Below are positions 1 through 13,200 of a stretch of 64,000 bases of DNA, piece after piece. The DNA is taken from NCBI GenBank assembly GCA_905178155.1, contig CAJINV010000003.1:10855367-10919366 (forward strand). Direction: 5' to 3'. The stretch is from Amoebophrya sp. A120. Its lineage: Eukaryota; Protista; Dinoflagellata. Every line of letters starts with the position of its first letter. Positions within the stretch are counted from its first letter, which is position 1. Under the pieces are notes generated by a model that made no database searches, was not told the DNA's origin, and saw only the letters and a list, made by a program, of their open reading frames with translations. The position numbers and the translations under genes are program-made.

Positions 1-242
1 TGCCGCTCAAACTAAATTGCAATGAAGATCAATCTGCTTTGCAGCATGAATATATACAAGATGTTGCCCACTACTTTCGGCCATGCTGAGAAGGACTTTT
101 CATGCAAAAGATGCACGACAGTCAAGGCCTTGCAGAACGTGTTAGGCCGCTAAGCCCTGCGGCGCTCCAGCAGATTTTGAGAGGCCTGAAAAAGCTGCAT
201 GACAACACCATTCCAGACCCAGAGGCATTTTCGCATTTGATA
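1..242. mobile_element. 3' end of an inverted-repeat intron (introner), family TATCAAATG..TCTGGGTCTGGAA
   Basis: ttccagacccagaggcattttcgcatttgATA closely resembles the right end of element 58811-59077. TGCATGACAA at 196-205. Open Tubby frame follows. Confidence 0.7.
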
Positions 243-2355
243 CTGGCTTGGGTTCCACGATTGTGGAAGCGGACATGCGCGTGGTTTCAGAGAGCAGCTC
301 AGAGGAAGACGAAGAGGAGCGGCGGCAGATGGAGCAACACATGCAAAACAGCCCCATCATGCAGGGCCAGCAGGTCAATTTGCAAATGGGCACGAACGGG
401 CAGCTGATGGGGCTTGAGCCGCGCGTGGAGCCCATCGCGGAAGACGGCTCGGTGATCCAAATGGAGCATCAAAGCCCCCAAGAGGTGGTCGTGATCAATC
501 AGGATAACCAGGAAATCAACAGTGCCGAGTATGTGATGCGCACTTCGCAGCCGGCGCCAAACCAGGTAGTGTTTCGAAACGGAAAAAAAGTACCGTCTTT
601 GCACGCCGCCCGGCCCCTCCACTTACCTCCGGAGAGGTTCGGCACCAGCGTGCAGCTTAGAAAAGATTTCGTCACCCAACCTCTACCCTTCGCGGATCGA
701 AGTCACACATTACAGGTAATTTGCTCGTAGTGAGCTTTTTATTTGTGGTTGACGTCAATAATTCAAAAACTCATCAAATGTCTACATCCGTAGTGCTGTC
801 TGCCGGTAAAAAATTCCAAGACCTCTAAAAGATCCTCAGAATGTTCCTTCTCCTCGATCATTCGATGATGACGGAGGAGGAAAAGAGTGGAATTCTTTGC
901 GTTCATGTTTCATCTTTACCATCCGGTGCAATGCGAACAGGCGCGCGTTGTCCGAGTACGCGAGGGATTGAGCGGTAAGCTATTTCCCACTTACCATCTC
1001 TGCATTCGGAATGGTCCCGGGGCCGATGAGACCATCCTTCTGGCCGCCCAGAAGCAAACCGGAAAACGCAGCTTCAGCAGCTACTACCTGATAACTCTGG
1101 ACCCACGCTGTTTTCAAAAGGGAGCGTCCACCTACGTCGCAAAACTGCGCGCAAACTGGGCAGGAACAGAGTACTTTTCATTGTATGCCTGTTTTACACC
1201 TAGTTTCGCAGTTATTTTCCCAGCAAACAGCAACGACAACAGCGTCTTTCGACGCTCTCAGACTTTGGTACAGCTCGGGACCTCAGCTGCGCACGTAGAA
1301 CTAGCGCTCGCACGAAAAAACGACGAAGGTACACTTTATTTTCGGATGGCGATAACCCGAAAAAGACAAAGCGGCTCCGCGGGTCAGACAACGCTCTCTT
1401 CGACCCGAGCGCCGCGGTTCGAGAAGAAATGCTTGCTATCAAGTTTTCGAAGCCCGGCAACGCACCGAGAAGAATGGTGTGCATAATACCAGGTACAGTA
1501 GGCAGCTACATCAAAATGATGTGATCAACGTACCACCTTTTCGAATTTTTTGAATAGGAACAATTTGTCTTGCTCCCTGCTGCTTCGTTTGAAGATGATT
1601 TTTGGAGAAGGTGTAGGGCCCAAGCGATTGAACGACCACCATTAAGAACATTGAGTAAATACGACCGTGATCTGCAACTGACTCAGGGACGATGCCGGGC
1701 AACCCCTATGAGAGGCAAATTTTCCGTTCGAAGCCGTACACTAGTCTGATCAACTACGCAACGGGCAAGGAGGTAGTGACCGAGGGCGAGGGGATTGATT
1801 TTTTGAAGTTTAGCAACAAGATCCCAGTCTGGGACGCACGCAGACAGACTTTCACGATAAATTTCTACGGTCGCGTCCGCTTACCGTCGAGCAAAAACTT
1901 CCAATTGGTGGAAAGCGACGGCGAGGATGCACCGCCAGTTGTGCAATTTGGCCGTTGGTTCGAGGACGTCTTCCACCTGGACGGAATGTGGCCGTTTTCT
2001 GTGGTAAGTTCTGCTAACTACAGTGTATATCATTGATTTACAGTGTTGTCATCTCTCGTCTATCTTGTTTTTATATGATGCTTCTGTGTGTACTACTAGT
2101 TTTTTATTTGAACCTTTGATGATTGTGATTTTCAAATGCTTTCTGCAGTGGTCCGTCGACCATGTCCGTCAAAGTTAAATACTTACAGGGTCGTTTGGAG
2201 GGGCAAAAATTTTAGTACGAAAGAAAAATACTTCGTACTTCAGGTACGGCATGGTATGTTAGATGCGAAAATCAAAATCGTAGGTACAAATGTTCGCCTT
2301 GGCATTATCTACCTTCGACACGCGGCTCCAGGAAACGTTCAAGATGACGTACTGA
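243..2355 (+). CDS. Tubby-domain (TULP-like) protein, 3' part; 5' end lies upstream of the window
   Basis: Exons ~243-715, 941-1170, 1329-1492, 1687-2003, 2284-2355, joined by in-frame GT-AG introns. Spliced product has Tubby motifs: LFPTYHL, KLRANWAGTEYTLFSDGDNP, APRRMVCIIPG, NKIPVWD..FTINFYGRVRLPSSKNFQL, QFGR, QMFALALSTFD. Confidence 0.9.
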
Positions 2356-4200
2356 TGCACCACGCAATCCCAGCGCCCGCAACTAAGGAAGGACTATTTT
2401 TCCAGCGCAACGCAGCCTATCATCAATAGACGAAGTAGAAGTTGAAGAAGCACATAGTGACGCACCACACTTCAACGGAGGCATCCTCTTCATCCACAGT
2501 TGTTCCAACAGTGAATTCATCCTCTTTATTTTACTTGAATCCAATTGCTTGATGTTTTCCACGCGGAGGTCGTGTCGGAGTTGTCGATTATACTGATACA
2601 TAGTGCTGCTGAACGATAACGACTACAACAGCGGCATCTTCGGCATCGGTCCTTTTGCTTCAAAAACAATAGTAAAACGCTCACTGAAATAAAATTGAAA
2701 TTGAGTAGGCCCTACAACAACGACCAGGAGAAGGCTGTATTAAGACCAAGAGCAGTGCACGCAGCGCCAACATGCACCAACAAAGGAGATAAAAATTTTA
2801 TTTGCAGCTTTGGAGCGCTCACGCAGTTTGTACAAAGCAAAGGGTCTTGTGCTTCTCGGACCACGAGAGGGAGGCGCCTCTTTCGAACCCGCACAACATG
2901 TAACGCAAAAAGTAAAACCTCTTCAGTCTCCGACTGTACTTCATAATGTTTTCAGATTTGGATAATCAAATGCAGTGTACAGAGATCATGAGCTACCGCA
3001 TTAGGCCACGCAACCATATACAAAAAGCCTTGAGCGTTTACGAGACGACCATGTACAATGTTGAAATGAAAACCGCGCGAATAGCTTTTGGAAAAAATTG
3101 AATTTAGTCAGCATTTCATTGTTTCGCCCGTTCACAAGTTGAGGTCATGACTCTCAAAACTGATCGTGAAAATCGGAGCTATGCAGCTTCTACTTAACTT
3201 TTCGGAACAAGAAGAGCAGCCCGCTTTGGAGCTACAACTGAACTGAACCATAGTTGCTGAAGTGACCTGGCTTGAGCAGGATATATTTTTTTATGAACGA
3301 CTTGGAAGATGAATTTGAAAAGCTTGTGATGGAGAATTCTGTTGTTGATCCGGCCTGACAATAATACACCTCAAGCCCACAACAGTAGATTTCTGTTCCG
3401 CCCAGCTTGGCCCGATTGGTTCTTGCTCGTTTCCGTATCAACGTCTTTCGCTAGCCATAACCGTGCCGACGAAGCATTTGTTCGAATATCGCAGGCGTTT
3501 GGTGTAGTTTAAATAGAGTGAGGCGGCACTCGCATTTTGGCACTTGTGGTGGTATTTTTTTACCGAGAGTGTTTGTATTATCCTTCGTTTTTCTTTTATT
3601 TTCGTCCTCGTTTCGCCAGAGCGAGGGAATGTCGTAGGTCCAATAGCCAGGACTGGGTTATTGCTCCCGACTGACTAACGCTTTGAAGTAATTATTTTTT
3701 CTTCATCGTCTTCACTCTTCATCAGATTCATGCAGAAACTGAAACACCGTCGAGCTCGAAGTCACATACTGTTTTGCGCATGTTTAATATAAACTCGTCG
3801 TGCTCCTCGTGACTTTCGAATCAATTGCTTCGTAGTTTTCGTCGACTTCGTTGTCGTCGCAGCCAATTATGGTAGTTACGCCACATCGTGGGTTCTCTGA
3901 AATACATACACGCCGCTTGTTTTTGGGCCGCCGCTCGTGTGCTCCATGATAGCGGAAACGTTTTATTTTAGAACGGGAGTAAAACTCTTCAATATAATAT
4001 CTGAAATTCGGGAGGACGATGGGTATTTGTTAGCGCCTTCTTTTCACTTTAGTTTTTGTTGCCGCAGCGACTTTCAGTTTCAGCAACTAAGCTGCGGCAG
4101 TAGCGCCATCCCTCAGTGGTAAGTAGTCTCCTCAAAGCAAGAAGGGGCTCATGTTTTTTGGTGGATCGGGGGCGGCGATCAAAAAACGCGAAGAAACAGA

Positions 4201-7200
4201 ATGACGTCATCCCTTCACGTCAGCCAGGGGTTGTTTGACGTCGCTAGTGGGCCGTTGGGTAGCCCGCATCAGCGCGTTGCCTCTCCGTCACCGTCTCAGC
4301 GCGCCCGAAGCGTTCCCGCCAGGCAATCCGATGTCGGCTGTCTCTCGATGCTCGAATGGAAGCGGCAGAATGGCGTGCTGGGGCACCAAAAGGTGTTCTC
4401 GCTGTCACCATGTAAAGGCCGGAAAAATAAACAAAATCAGCAGCCGGAACCAGCTTCGAATCGCGTGGCCTCGCCGAGCTTTCTGAGCATAAAAAGCCTC
4501 CAGGCCGCGTCAACATCCCCAGCAAAGGGCTCCCCTTCGCCGAAGGGCGGCACAAAGGACAAAGGCGGAGAAAATACAAACGCGGAGGATGGATTGTCAG
4601 TATTTCTAGAAACTGCTTTTCTTAAAGAACTTTTTTTTCGTCAAACAAGGGACTGGTTACTATCATGGTCGTCATCATCATCTACTTCGATAAAAGAATG
4701 TTCATGCTCTTCTTGTTATGTTGTATGTGCTGCTGTCGCCAAAACTACGCATTGGTTTGCCGCATGCGGCCGCAGACGAGTAGAAGTAAAATCGACACTC
4801 TTGTTCCAAAATCTACCAACTCCAACGGAACGAATTCCCAGCCAACTCGCGTGAACAGCAGTTCCTCAGCATCCAGTAGCAGTAGTAGCTCCTCGTGCAC
4901 GGAACAAGGCGCGGACGAAGGAACACCCGCACCCGCCTCGCCCTCCCCCGGAAAGAACAAAAATAAGAAAAATGGGCCGAAGGGCCCACTAGACGCGGTG
5001 CGGCGGCACTTCGTTGAGAAGCTATCAGAGTGCACAATTCCCACCCCTTCCCCTCATTTGAAGAGCAGGAGCAGCAAGAGCGCAATCAATTGCAGAAGCA
5101 TGTCTTCCGGACGGAAAATCTGCACGCCGTTTGCAGCACTTCAGTAGCTGCTTGAGCTTCCGCAAGATGTCGTGCAGACACTCGCCACACGAAACCTGTG
5201 GACTATTTGAGCCTTTGCATTACTATTACATGATTATATAATGATAAATGAGGCGAAGGCGTTAGGGGAGTTGTTGTGCACTCCCATAGAAGCTTGGGTG
5301 GGTAGAAAATCGCGACCCGAATAGCCCCTTCTGTGATTTTATGCATCGCAAATGTTACGTCAACGTCATGCATCTGGGTGCGCAGAAATCATGCAAATTG
5401 CGATTTGTAAGCCACATCACTCTGGAGGGTCGCACACCAATTTGTGTTGCCTGAGCAGCGCAGCAACTTGCACAGTTCTTGCCACGCCATTCGCAGATTT
5501 CATCCCAGGCGGGGCTAGCATCAAGAGTCCTGAGCAAAACTTGTCTAAATGCATTTGTGTCCATCCCAGACCGACATCGATCTGCGTGATCCAAAAGATA
5601 CATAACTATCGGCATGACCCAACGATTTTCAGGGAAGAAGATCGATTCACAGGGCAGACTTTTGCATAATCCCGGAGGATCTCCCAGACAACTCATGTAT
5701 CGTAGATATTCGCGATGCATAAACCTCCGGTACTCGCTCTCCCGACGGGATCTGGGACTCCGGCCGCAGGCGCTGGCAAACAACAAGATTCCCTACGACA
5801 TGTGTATCAATTTTTTCGCCTGTTGTGGCGGTTTGACGACAAAAAGCGGGCTGCTGCGGAACCTGGAAAGATACATGCTATGCACTGCAAAGCAAATCGC
5901 ACTCGTATGACTTGCAGTAATGCTAATGCATGACAAATCTCTTTCGAAACCTGAAACACAATTACAAAGCACGCTTTTGGTCTTGCCGAAATTTGTGATG
6001 CTATCAGTACTAGTGCGATACTTTTGCGATGCATACATGCCCAACGTGAACGAAAGGATTAAGGCGGGGATCGCACCCAGTTTCGACCTGTCCGACATGC
6101 GTTCGGTGATCCACTTCGTCGACGCGTTTCAGAAGCAGCAGTGTCGGTCGCTCTTGTACCACCACTTCAAAGCGAAGTCCAGCAGCATCATCCCCGAGAG
6201 CACACTGCGCCTGGCGTGGAACACCGCGTCGAGTTGCAAGCCGCCGGTCTTGTCGAAAGACCAGTGGAGGCAGCTGACCATCGCCAGTAGCACTGCGCAC
6301 ACTCCGGGGTACAGACACCCTACGGCGGACCTGCAACTTGGTATCGAGCTTACAGAGTCGATAAAGCACTTCGGCTACAACGGACTGGACGGACACGACA
6401 ACATCTGGATTCTCAAGCCGACAAACGCAAATCGAGGCCGAGGCATTCGGGTTGTCAGGGTACATTTTTTTTTGTAAAGAAAACTCGCGGTCATGGCCAC
6501 TCATGAGGATACAAAGCAGAAAAAGCAGCCAAGAACTACCGGGCTGAATTAATCCATTTCAACTTATTGCGTTTGTGGTCTGCGCGTCCACTCAGACAGA
6601 GACCGAGGAGTACTTATGGTCAGCATGCGCTTGTTGATTAGATGTACACGAGACCGACAGGTGCAACGGATGTGCGCGAATAAGTTATAAATAGTTTTTA
6701 CCAGGGTGTTGATCATCATCTTCATCATCATTATTATGGACGAGAAAAGCGAGTGCGCAAACGCAAAGCTCCTCGGGGCAAACATGCTTCGGACCTTTAG
6801 TTATAACGATTAAAGATTCGAATTTCATCCCGTGATGTACTTTTTATGTTAGTGTTAGGCAAGATATGAAATCCACCAGGATCATAAGCCAAGCAAATTC
6901 CCTACGACCTAAATTGAATGTTCATTGAAATCAGGCTCTAAATTTGTCGTTCAAATTTGGATCCGAAGTGAAATCAGCATGTTCATACAAATGAACCAAA
7001 AACGAAGTTCATTCAAATCCCACACTGTAAGCTAGTGATGATCAACGATGGTTGATCGGATTTCTCATAAATTTAGGGTGATTAGAATAAATTTGAACTT
7101 TCATGTTTTACCCCCCTGACTGAGACGTGAAAATTTGTGTGTTGTCTGGAACGCTAAATTTTTCCCCACAGGCTGTGACGATAGTCACCATAGATTGACT

Positions 7201-10200
7201 GCGACTAAGAAACACTGAATCCCACCTAGATTCTGCTTGACATCCAAGATGGCCAGTGTTCACACCGCCCGCGTTTCTTCGTCGTTGATTGTCTTCACAC
7301 CGTAAAAATTCGGTTGACATTCTAACGGCACAGCCTTGAGCGCTGACACCAAGACACGACCAGTGCCAACACGACAACAACTGCCAAGCCTGGTCCCCCC
7401 GCAACACGACAACACCTACCAAGCCAGGACCAGAACCAAACCACCAACCACACCAAGACCCGCAGGAAGGTACTAAAAGCACGAAGAAAAATAAAGAAAA
7501 TTTTGAATTTTTGGTAGTGTTTTTGAATAGAATTTTTGTTTGAATTTGAACCAAAAATTTAGGCAAAATAACCCCCAGCCACCGAGTTCAAATCAACCAA
7601 CAGTGGTGATTTGCTGCCGTGATATCAATTGCTGATACTCGGTCAGAGGCTGTTTGAAAGTAAGAGAGAATTTGCAATCATACACCTACACAGGTGCAAG
7701 AGAGACAAAGCGACCAAAGGCGCGCGCTACGAAGCCCGTAACCTTTGCCGAAGCATCGAGCGAGGAACAAGACAGGTACTAAAATTGTACTTATTTTCGG
7801 TCTGTTTTCTAAATCATTGGAAATTTTGAATGCGAACACGCACGGCAAGAACACAAAAAAAAAAAAAAAAATCGCATGCTAATCCTCCCCAACAAAAACT
7901 ATTACAGTTTTGGGCGGCGGATTTAACGTACCGAGCAGCAGGCCGGTACAAGAGCAAGGACCCGACAGCAGGTCACGAAAAAGGTACTAAATTACATCGG
8001 TTTTGAAAATAGAAGTCTAAGCGTAATTCTGATTTTGTCTGTAATTGCATCGCGAATTCAACAAGATGATCGCATATGAGATGCTGAATACCATCTGAAT
8101 TCGATTGCAAATTTCTTGTACAGGTAGCCGCCTACGCGTGTGCCGAGTACAACAGACGACACAACCGCGACGCGCGTGCTCATCGTGAAAAGATGGGGGC
8201 GCTGGGTGATGACCATCGTCCGAGCACTTCCGGCGCCGTCGGAATGCTGTACGACGCGGAACACGAGGGAGAAACTGGAAAGGACTTCCAGACGTTCAAG
8301 GGTAGCGTGATCGCTCAGGCGTTCTCGTTGAACATCGGTCCCCAGTTCAAAGATGACTTAGAAGGAAAAGTCTGCATGGACAAGTGGGATGAGGTCGATC
8401 AGTTAGCCTGCGACCAGTGGGTTGCTGACGGCAAACACGAAAACGACTTCTGGCCCACCTACACAACCGAAGTGCGCTCAGCTTACGCGAAGTTGTATGG
8501 TACAGTATTCAAATCCTTAACCGGAAAGGCCCGATCCAAAGCTCAGGACATTCAGGAAGAGCCCGGGGCTGACGCGTGTGTAGTCTGGTTGATGCTTCAG
8601 ATCAAGGAAAAGTCTAACCCGCAGACCGCCGGCGCCCGCCGCATGTTGATCAAGGAATATTTCAACAGCAAGCAGGGTGAAGATGAAACCGTGGAAGAAC
8701 ATATTGACAAACTGAAGAACTTCTGGAATTTCAAACTGGGCGCTAAAGTTACGGCTGAAGAGTTACGCTATCACTGTATCTTCGGGAACATGCGCGAGGA
8801 ATTCGATGAGTGCAACAAGCGTGCCTTGGCTAATGGATTCAGTTTCGAAGAAACAAAGAATCACATGGTCGAGGAAGAACGCGCTCTGTCTAGCAACGGA
8901 GAGACCACGAAGCACAGAGCTAATCTGGTCCGCAACAAGAATTCTCGCAACCAGCATGGCCCGCGCCCGGATCACGTTCAGAAGAATCGTGAGAAGCAGA
9001 TGTTTTCCAATATGTTGAAGAAAGAGATGCCGAGTCTGATCCAGCAAGCCGCTGCGAATCTGATCGCGCAAAATCCGAATTTGACCCAGAATCACACTGC
9101 TGGTGGCAATGACGACAGTCATGCGGCCAATTACGCAGGAGATTCCAAGTGGTGTTCGAATTGCAATTCGGAATCACATAACGCCAAGGATTGCTGGTAC
9201 AAAAATGGCAAATCTTCCAACAAATCTTCCAACAAAAGTTCCGGTAAGGGTAACAACACGAATACTGTTCGCAAGGGCAACGACAAGCCGAAGGGTGGAG
9301 GTAAGAAAGGAAAAGGAAAGAAGGGTAGGAAATGCTGAGTCTTAGATGGTGTTTCGAAGAAAAGTAGTTTGTTACACAAACTACAAAAAGTAAGAAAACT
9401 ATTCTTACGGCTGACGAAAACTCGATGTTATAATACAAATTATTCGCGATGTTTTTCAACTAAATTTTTAACAAAAATACCCCCCCAAAAGAACCCCCCA
9501 CAAAAAGAACAACCACCTGGTGATGAACCACCAGTGACTACAAGTCATTTTGAAGAAGATGAATGCGCGTTCGACAGCAAGCTTGACATCTTCAATCCAG
9601 ATCTTTCATCATTAATCGATATGGATGATTTATTCTCGGATCTCGAAAAGAATGAAGATGAAACTTGTACCAATGATGCAGCTGGTCCAACGAGACAGCT
9701 GAAAGGAAAACGAAAAAGAGCAGAGCTGGAGCTTGCTGAGCAATTTGCAACCCCAGAGATGGCAAATATGACACAACAAGTCCAGGCTCTTGAGTCGACC
9801 GATCGCGAAATCCGTAAGATTTTATTTCCTCGATCTCATGTTTCGGATGCGTCCAAAGCCGAACGAGTTGAAAAATGCAATCTGTCACAAGATGCAGTAT
9901 TTTCAATCGTAGCAAAAGAAAGCGAGCAAAATCATTCGCCCGAGTACACAGCAAGAAAGCTAGCACACCTCTACAGCGTTCGCGAATCAGCATTGAGGAA
10001 GGTGCGCGAGGCGAACGATGCTCATCGGAATAAAAAGGACGAGCAGCACCGAAATCATGAAACAGCTTTTAATTGTGTCGATGATGCAATTTGCGACAGT
10101 GGCGCAACAAGTCACATGTCGGGCCGACCAGAGATTTTCGAATCTTGGGACGACAGTAATCCAGTGCGAATAACTGTAGCAGACGGAAAAGAGTTGGATG

Positions 10201-13200
10201 GCCCTGGATATTTTGGCACATTGAAACCAAACGCACTTGGTTGCAAGCGTGCAATATTCCATCCATTCCTTCCACAGACCCTCCTCAGTGTCGAGCAACT
10301 GAAGAAAGAAGGCTATAGAGTTGTTTTCGACGAAGGGGGCAACTACTTGCAAAGTAGGAAGACAGGAAAGAGAATTTTTCTTCACAAAGGGATCGGAACC
10401 AAGCTGCCGGCCGTGGCACTTGGGTTCAACGAAGATCCAGGTGAAAAGGGTTTGTTGTGCGAAGAGATCGAGACAGAGTCCACTATGATGACAAAGGCTG
10501 AGAAAATGCTTCTTGATCATCAGCGTGCTGGACATCGTAGTCTACCAGGAATAGTAGTCCGATGTCCTGCCTGCGATCTCGCGAAAAGCAAAGGCGCGCA
10601 ACATGCAAAAGCGAAGAAAGAATGCTACAAAGTTGAAAAATTCAATGACCAAGTTGATTTTGACTTCACTGGACCGTGGGAACCTGACTACTGGTCGCAA
10701 AGATGGGTGCTAAATGCCATCGATCAAGCAACCAGCTGGCCTCGTTCTTTCATCTGCAAGAGCAAAGCAGAAGCAGGCGCAAAGCTGCAGGTCTGGATAA
10801 ATGAAGAGGGACCACCGAAAAGAGTGAGATCCGACAATGCCAAAGAGTTCAAGGAACCAGGTAGCACTTGGAAAAAGACAGCACAGAAACAGTCCCCGCC
10901 GATTCATACTGACTACTCAGCTCCATACGAACCACAAGAAAATGGAAAAGTTGAAAGATACAATCAAACTCACCAGAACGGAGTGAGGGCAATGATGGTC
11001 GGAGTCGATAAGCGTATGTGGAGTTATGCAGCACGCACTTTCTCCCACATATTCGCCCGAACCCCTACAGCCAAAGGAGGCGAGTCGCCATTTGAAAAAC
11101 GCTTCAAAAGAAAACCTTCCATCAAGTATTTCCGACGTTTCGGATGCTTGGTATACGCGAAGGATCACTCACAGAAGTCGAAGCTTGAAGACCGGTTTAC
11201 CCGTGGAATCTTTCTAGGCTACGCCCAAGAAAATTCTACATACCTGGTAGGCATGTGGTCCGCAGATGGTCGATGTAAGAAAAGCTCCAAAATCCGCTTC
11301 GGAGTCCACGAGGTGAAGTGTTGTAAGTTTGATGAATCAGTGCTGGTCAGCAAGATAGATGATCTGAAGCCGGACGCTGACAAGTTGTTAATTGATTTTC
11401 CGAATCCGGCGCGTCTGGGTGATAGTTCGCAGCTCGTAGAGCCGAATGTGCCCGCTGTAGATCATGATCAAAGCAGTCGTGGTCAGGACGCTCCGAGGAC
11501 CGATCGTTCGAAAGATGAAGAAGATGCGGACAAACGCAGTTCGAAGGAAAAAGAAACCGTCGAAAACGACGAGGGCAAGAGTTTCGAAGGGGGTGAGCAA
11601 CCTGAGGAAGGGGGCGAGGAAAATCAAAACCCTAATCAGGATTGGCTCGATTTGTTTTCAGAGGAGGCGCCTGAAAAATCCCCGAAGCAGAAAAAGAAAG
11701 CTGAGAATGGAAATCGAAAAAGAAAGTCTAATACAGTTGATGCTGATGAAAAAGAGAACGAGACACAAGAAGCGCCTAGGATCCTCGTTGAAGGACCTAC
11801 ACGAAAGAAACTTCGCAAGAAGGGCCGAGGGCATGACAAGAAAAAGCGCAAAGAACGCAACGACAAAGGCCAAAGTCGTGGCCCTCGAGCAAAGAAAAGG
11901 CAGAAAGTCAATCTTGTGTCGTCATCTGACCTTTTGAAAGATCTACCGATGGAATTTGAAAAAGAAGCAGAAGCTATATTCCAGATTCGTCATGAATTAG
12001 AGGAGGACGAAACTCCTTACCTCTTTGGCTTGCAGCACACTTGGGCCAAGTGTCTGGAAAGTCCTGACGCAATCAAATGGATCGAGTCAGATACGAAAGA
12101 ACGCCTAGCGCTAGAAGAAGCAAATACGTGGAGGCATGCAACCGCAGAAGACATCAAAGAGATGGGTGATAAGTTAGAGATTATCCCGACGGTATGCATC
12201 TACACGAAGAAGAGAGACGGACGCTACAAGTGTCGTCTCGTAGCACTAGGAAACAGGCAAAAGCTATCTCTTCAAGGAGAAATATACAGCCCAACTGTGA
12301 GCCATGCCGCTAACAGGTATTTACTTGTTGAAGCAGCAGCACGCGGATGGAAAGTTAGACAGTTCGATATTTCAAATGCGTTTGTGCGTGCAGCTCTAGG
12401 TGACGAGATCGTGTTATGTCGCCTGCCCAAGCACAACAGCTGGAGCAAGAACAAAGAAAAAGGCGATGTTGTCAGGCTGTTAAAGTCGTTATACGGTCTG
12501 AAGATCAGCCCACGCCGCTGGTATGACGAATATTCCGGCAGACTCAAGAAGTTAGGCTGGGTTGTATCCGAACACGAACCAGGTTTGTTCAAGAAGTTTG
12601 CAAAAGACAAACAGGGAAAAGAGCAAGAGCTCTGGCTAGCAGTTTACGTAGATGACAACATTATCTCAGGCGAAGATGATGACCTTGTCGCTGCAGAAAT
12701 GAATGCAATTTTAGCAGAGTTCCCAGGAAAAGAAATTCTCGCAGAATATGACAAGGAAGGCAATGAGATCCGCGACCTTCTCGGCGCAAAGTTGACCTTC
12801 AACGCGAAAAAGAGAGTCATGAAAATCACTTGCGAAGACGCAATTGATAAGCTGCTTGAGAAATTTCACATGAAGGACTGCCGCGCAGTAGTTTCCCCAT
12901 GTTTACCAAATTCCCACGCAGACTTGGACTCGCCGTCGAATTCCACATTTCCGATAAGATCGCTAGTAGGCGGAATGTTGTATATCAGTTGCGTTGCCCG
13001 GCCTGATATCGCATTCGCAGTACAAAGAGTAGCGACGCAGGTAGCTAGTCCAACCGACCAAACGGTAAAAGATGCTAAGCGTATTCTGGCGTATTTGAAA
13101 GGAACCAAATCGCAAGGATTGGAATACAGCAAGCAGCAAGAGAAAAAGTTCAAAGAAATCTACACAAAAGCCGCAGAGCTAGAAAACAAGGAATACAGAG

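Noticed and set aside
2383-3900. Possible minus-strand gene between Tubby and TTLL
   Set aside because: Only short ORFs with no motif or consistent splice chain.
7855-7871. Poly-A run in the retroelement leader
   Set aside because: Simple homopolymer with no target duplication or associated retrocopy.
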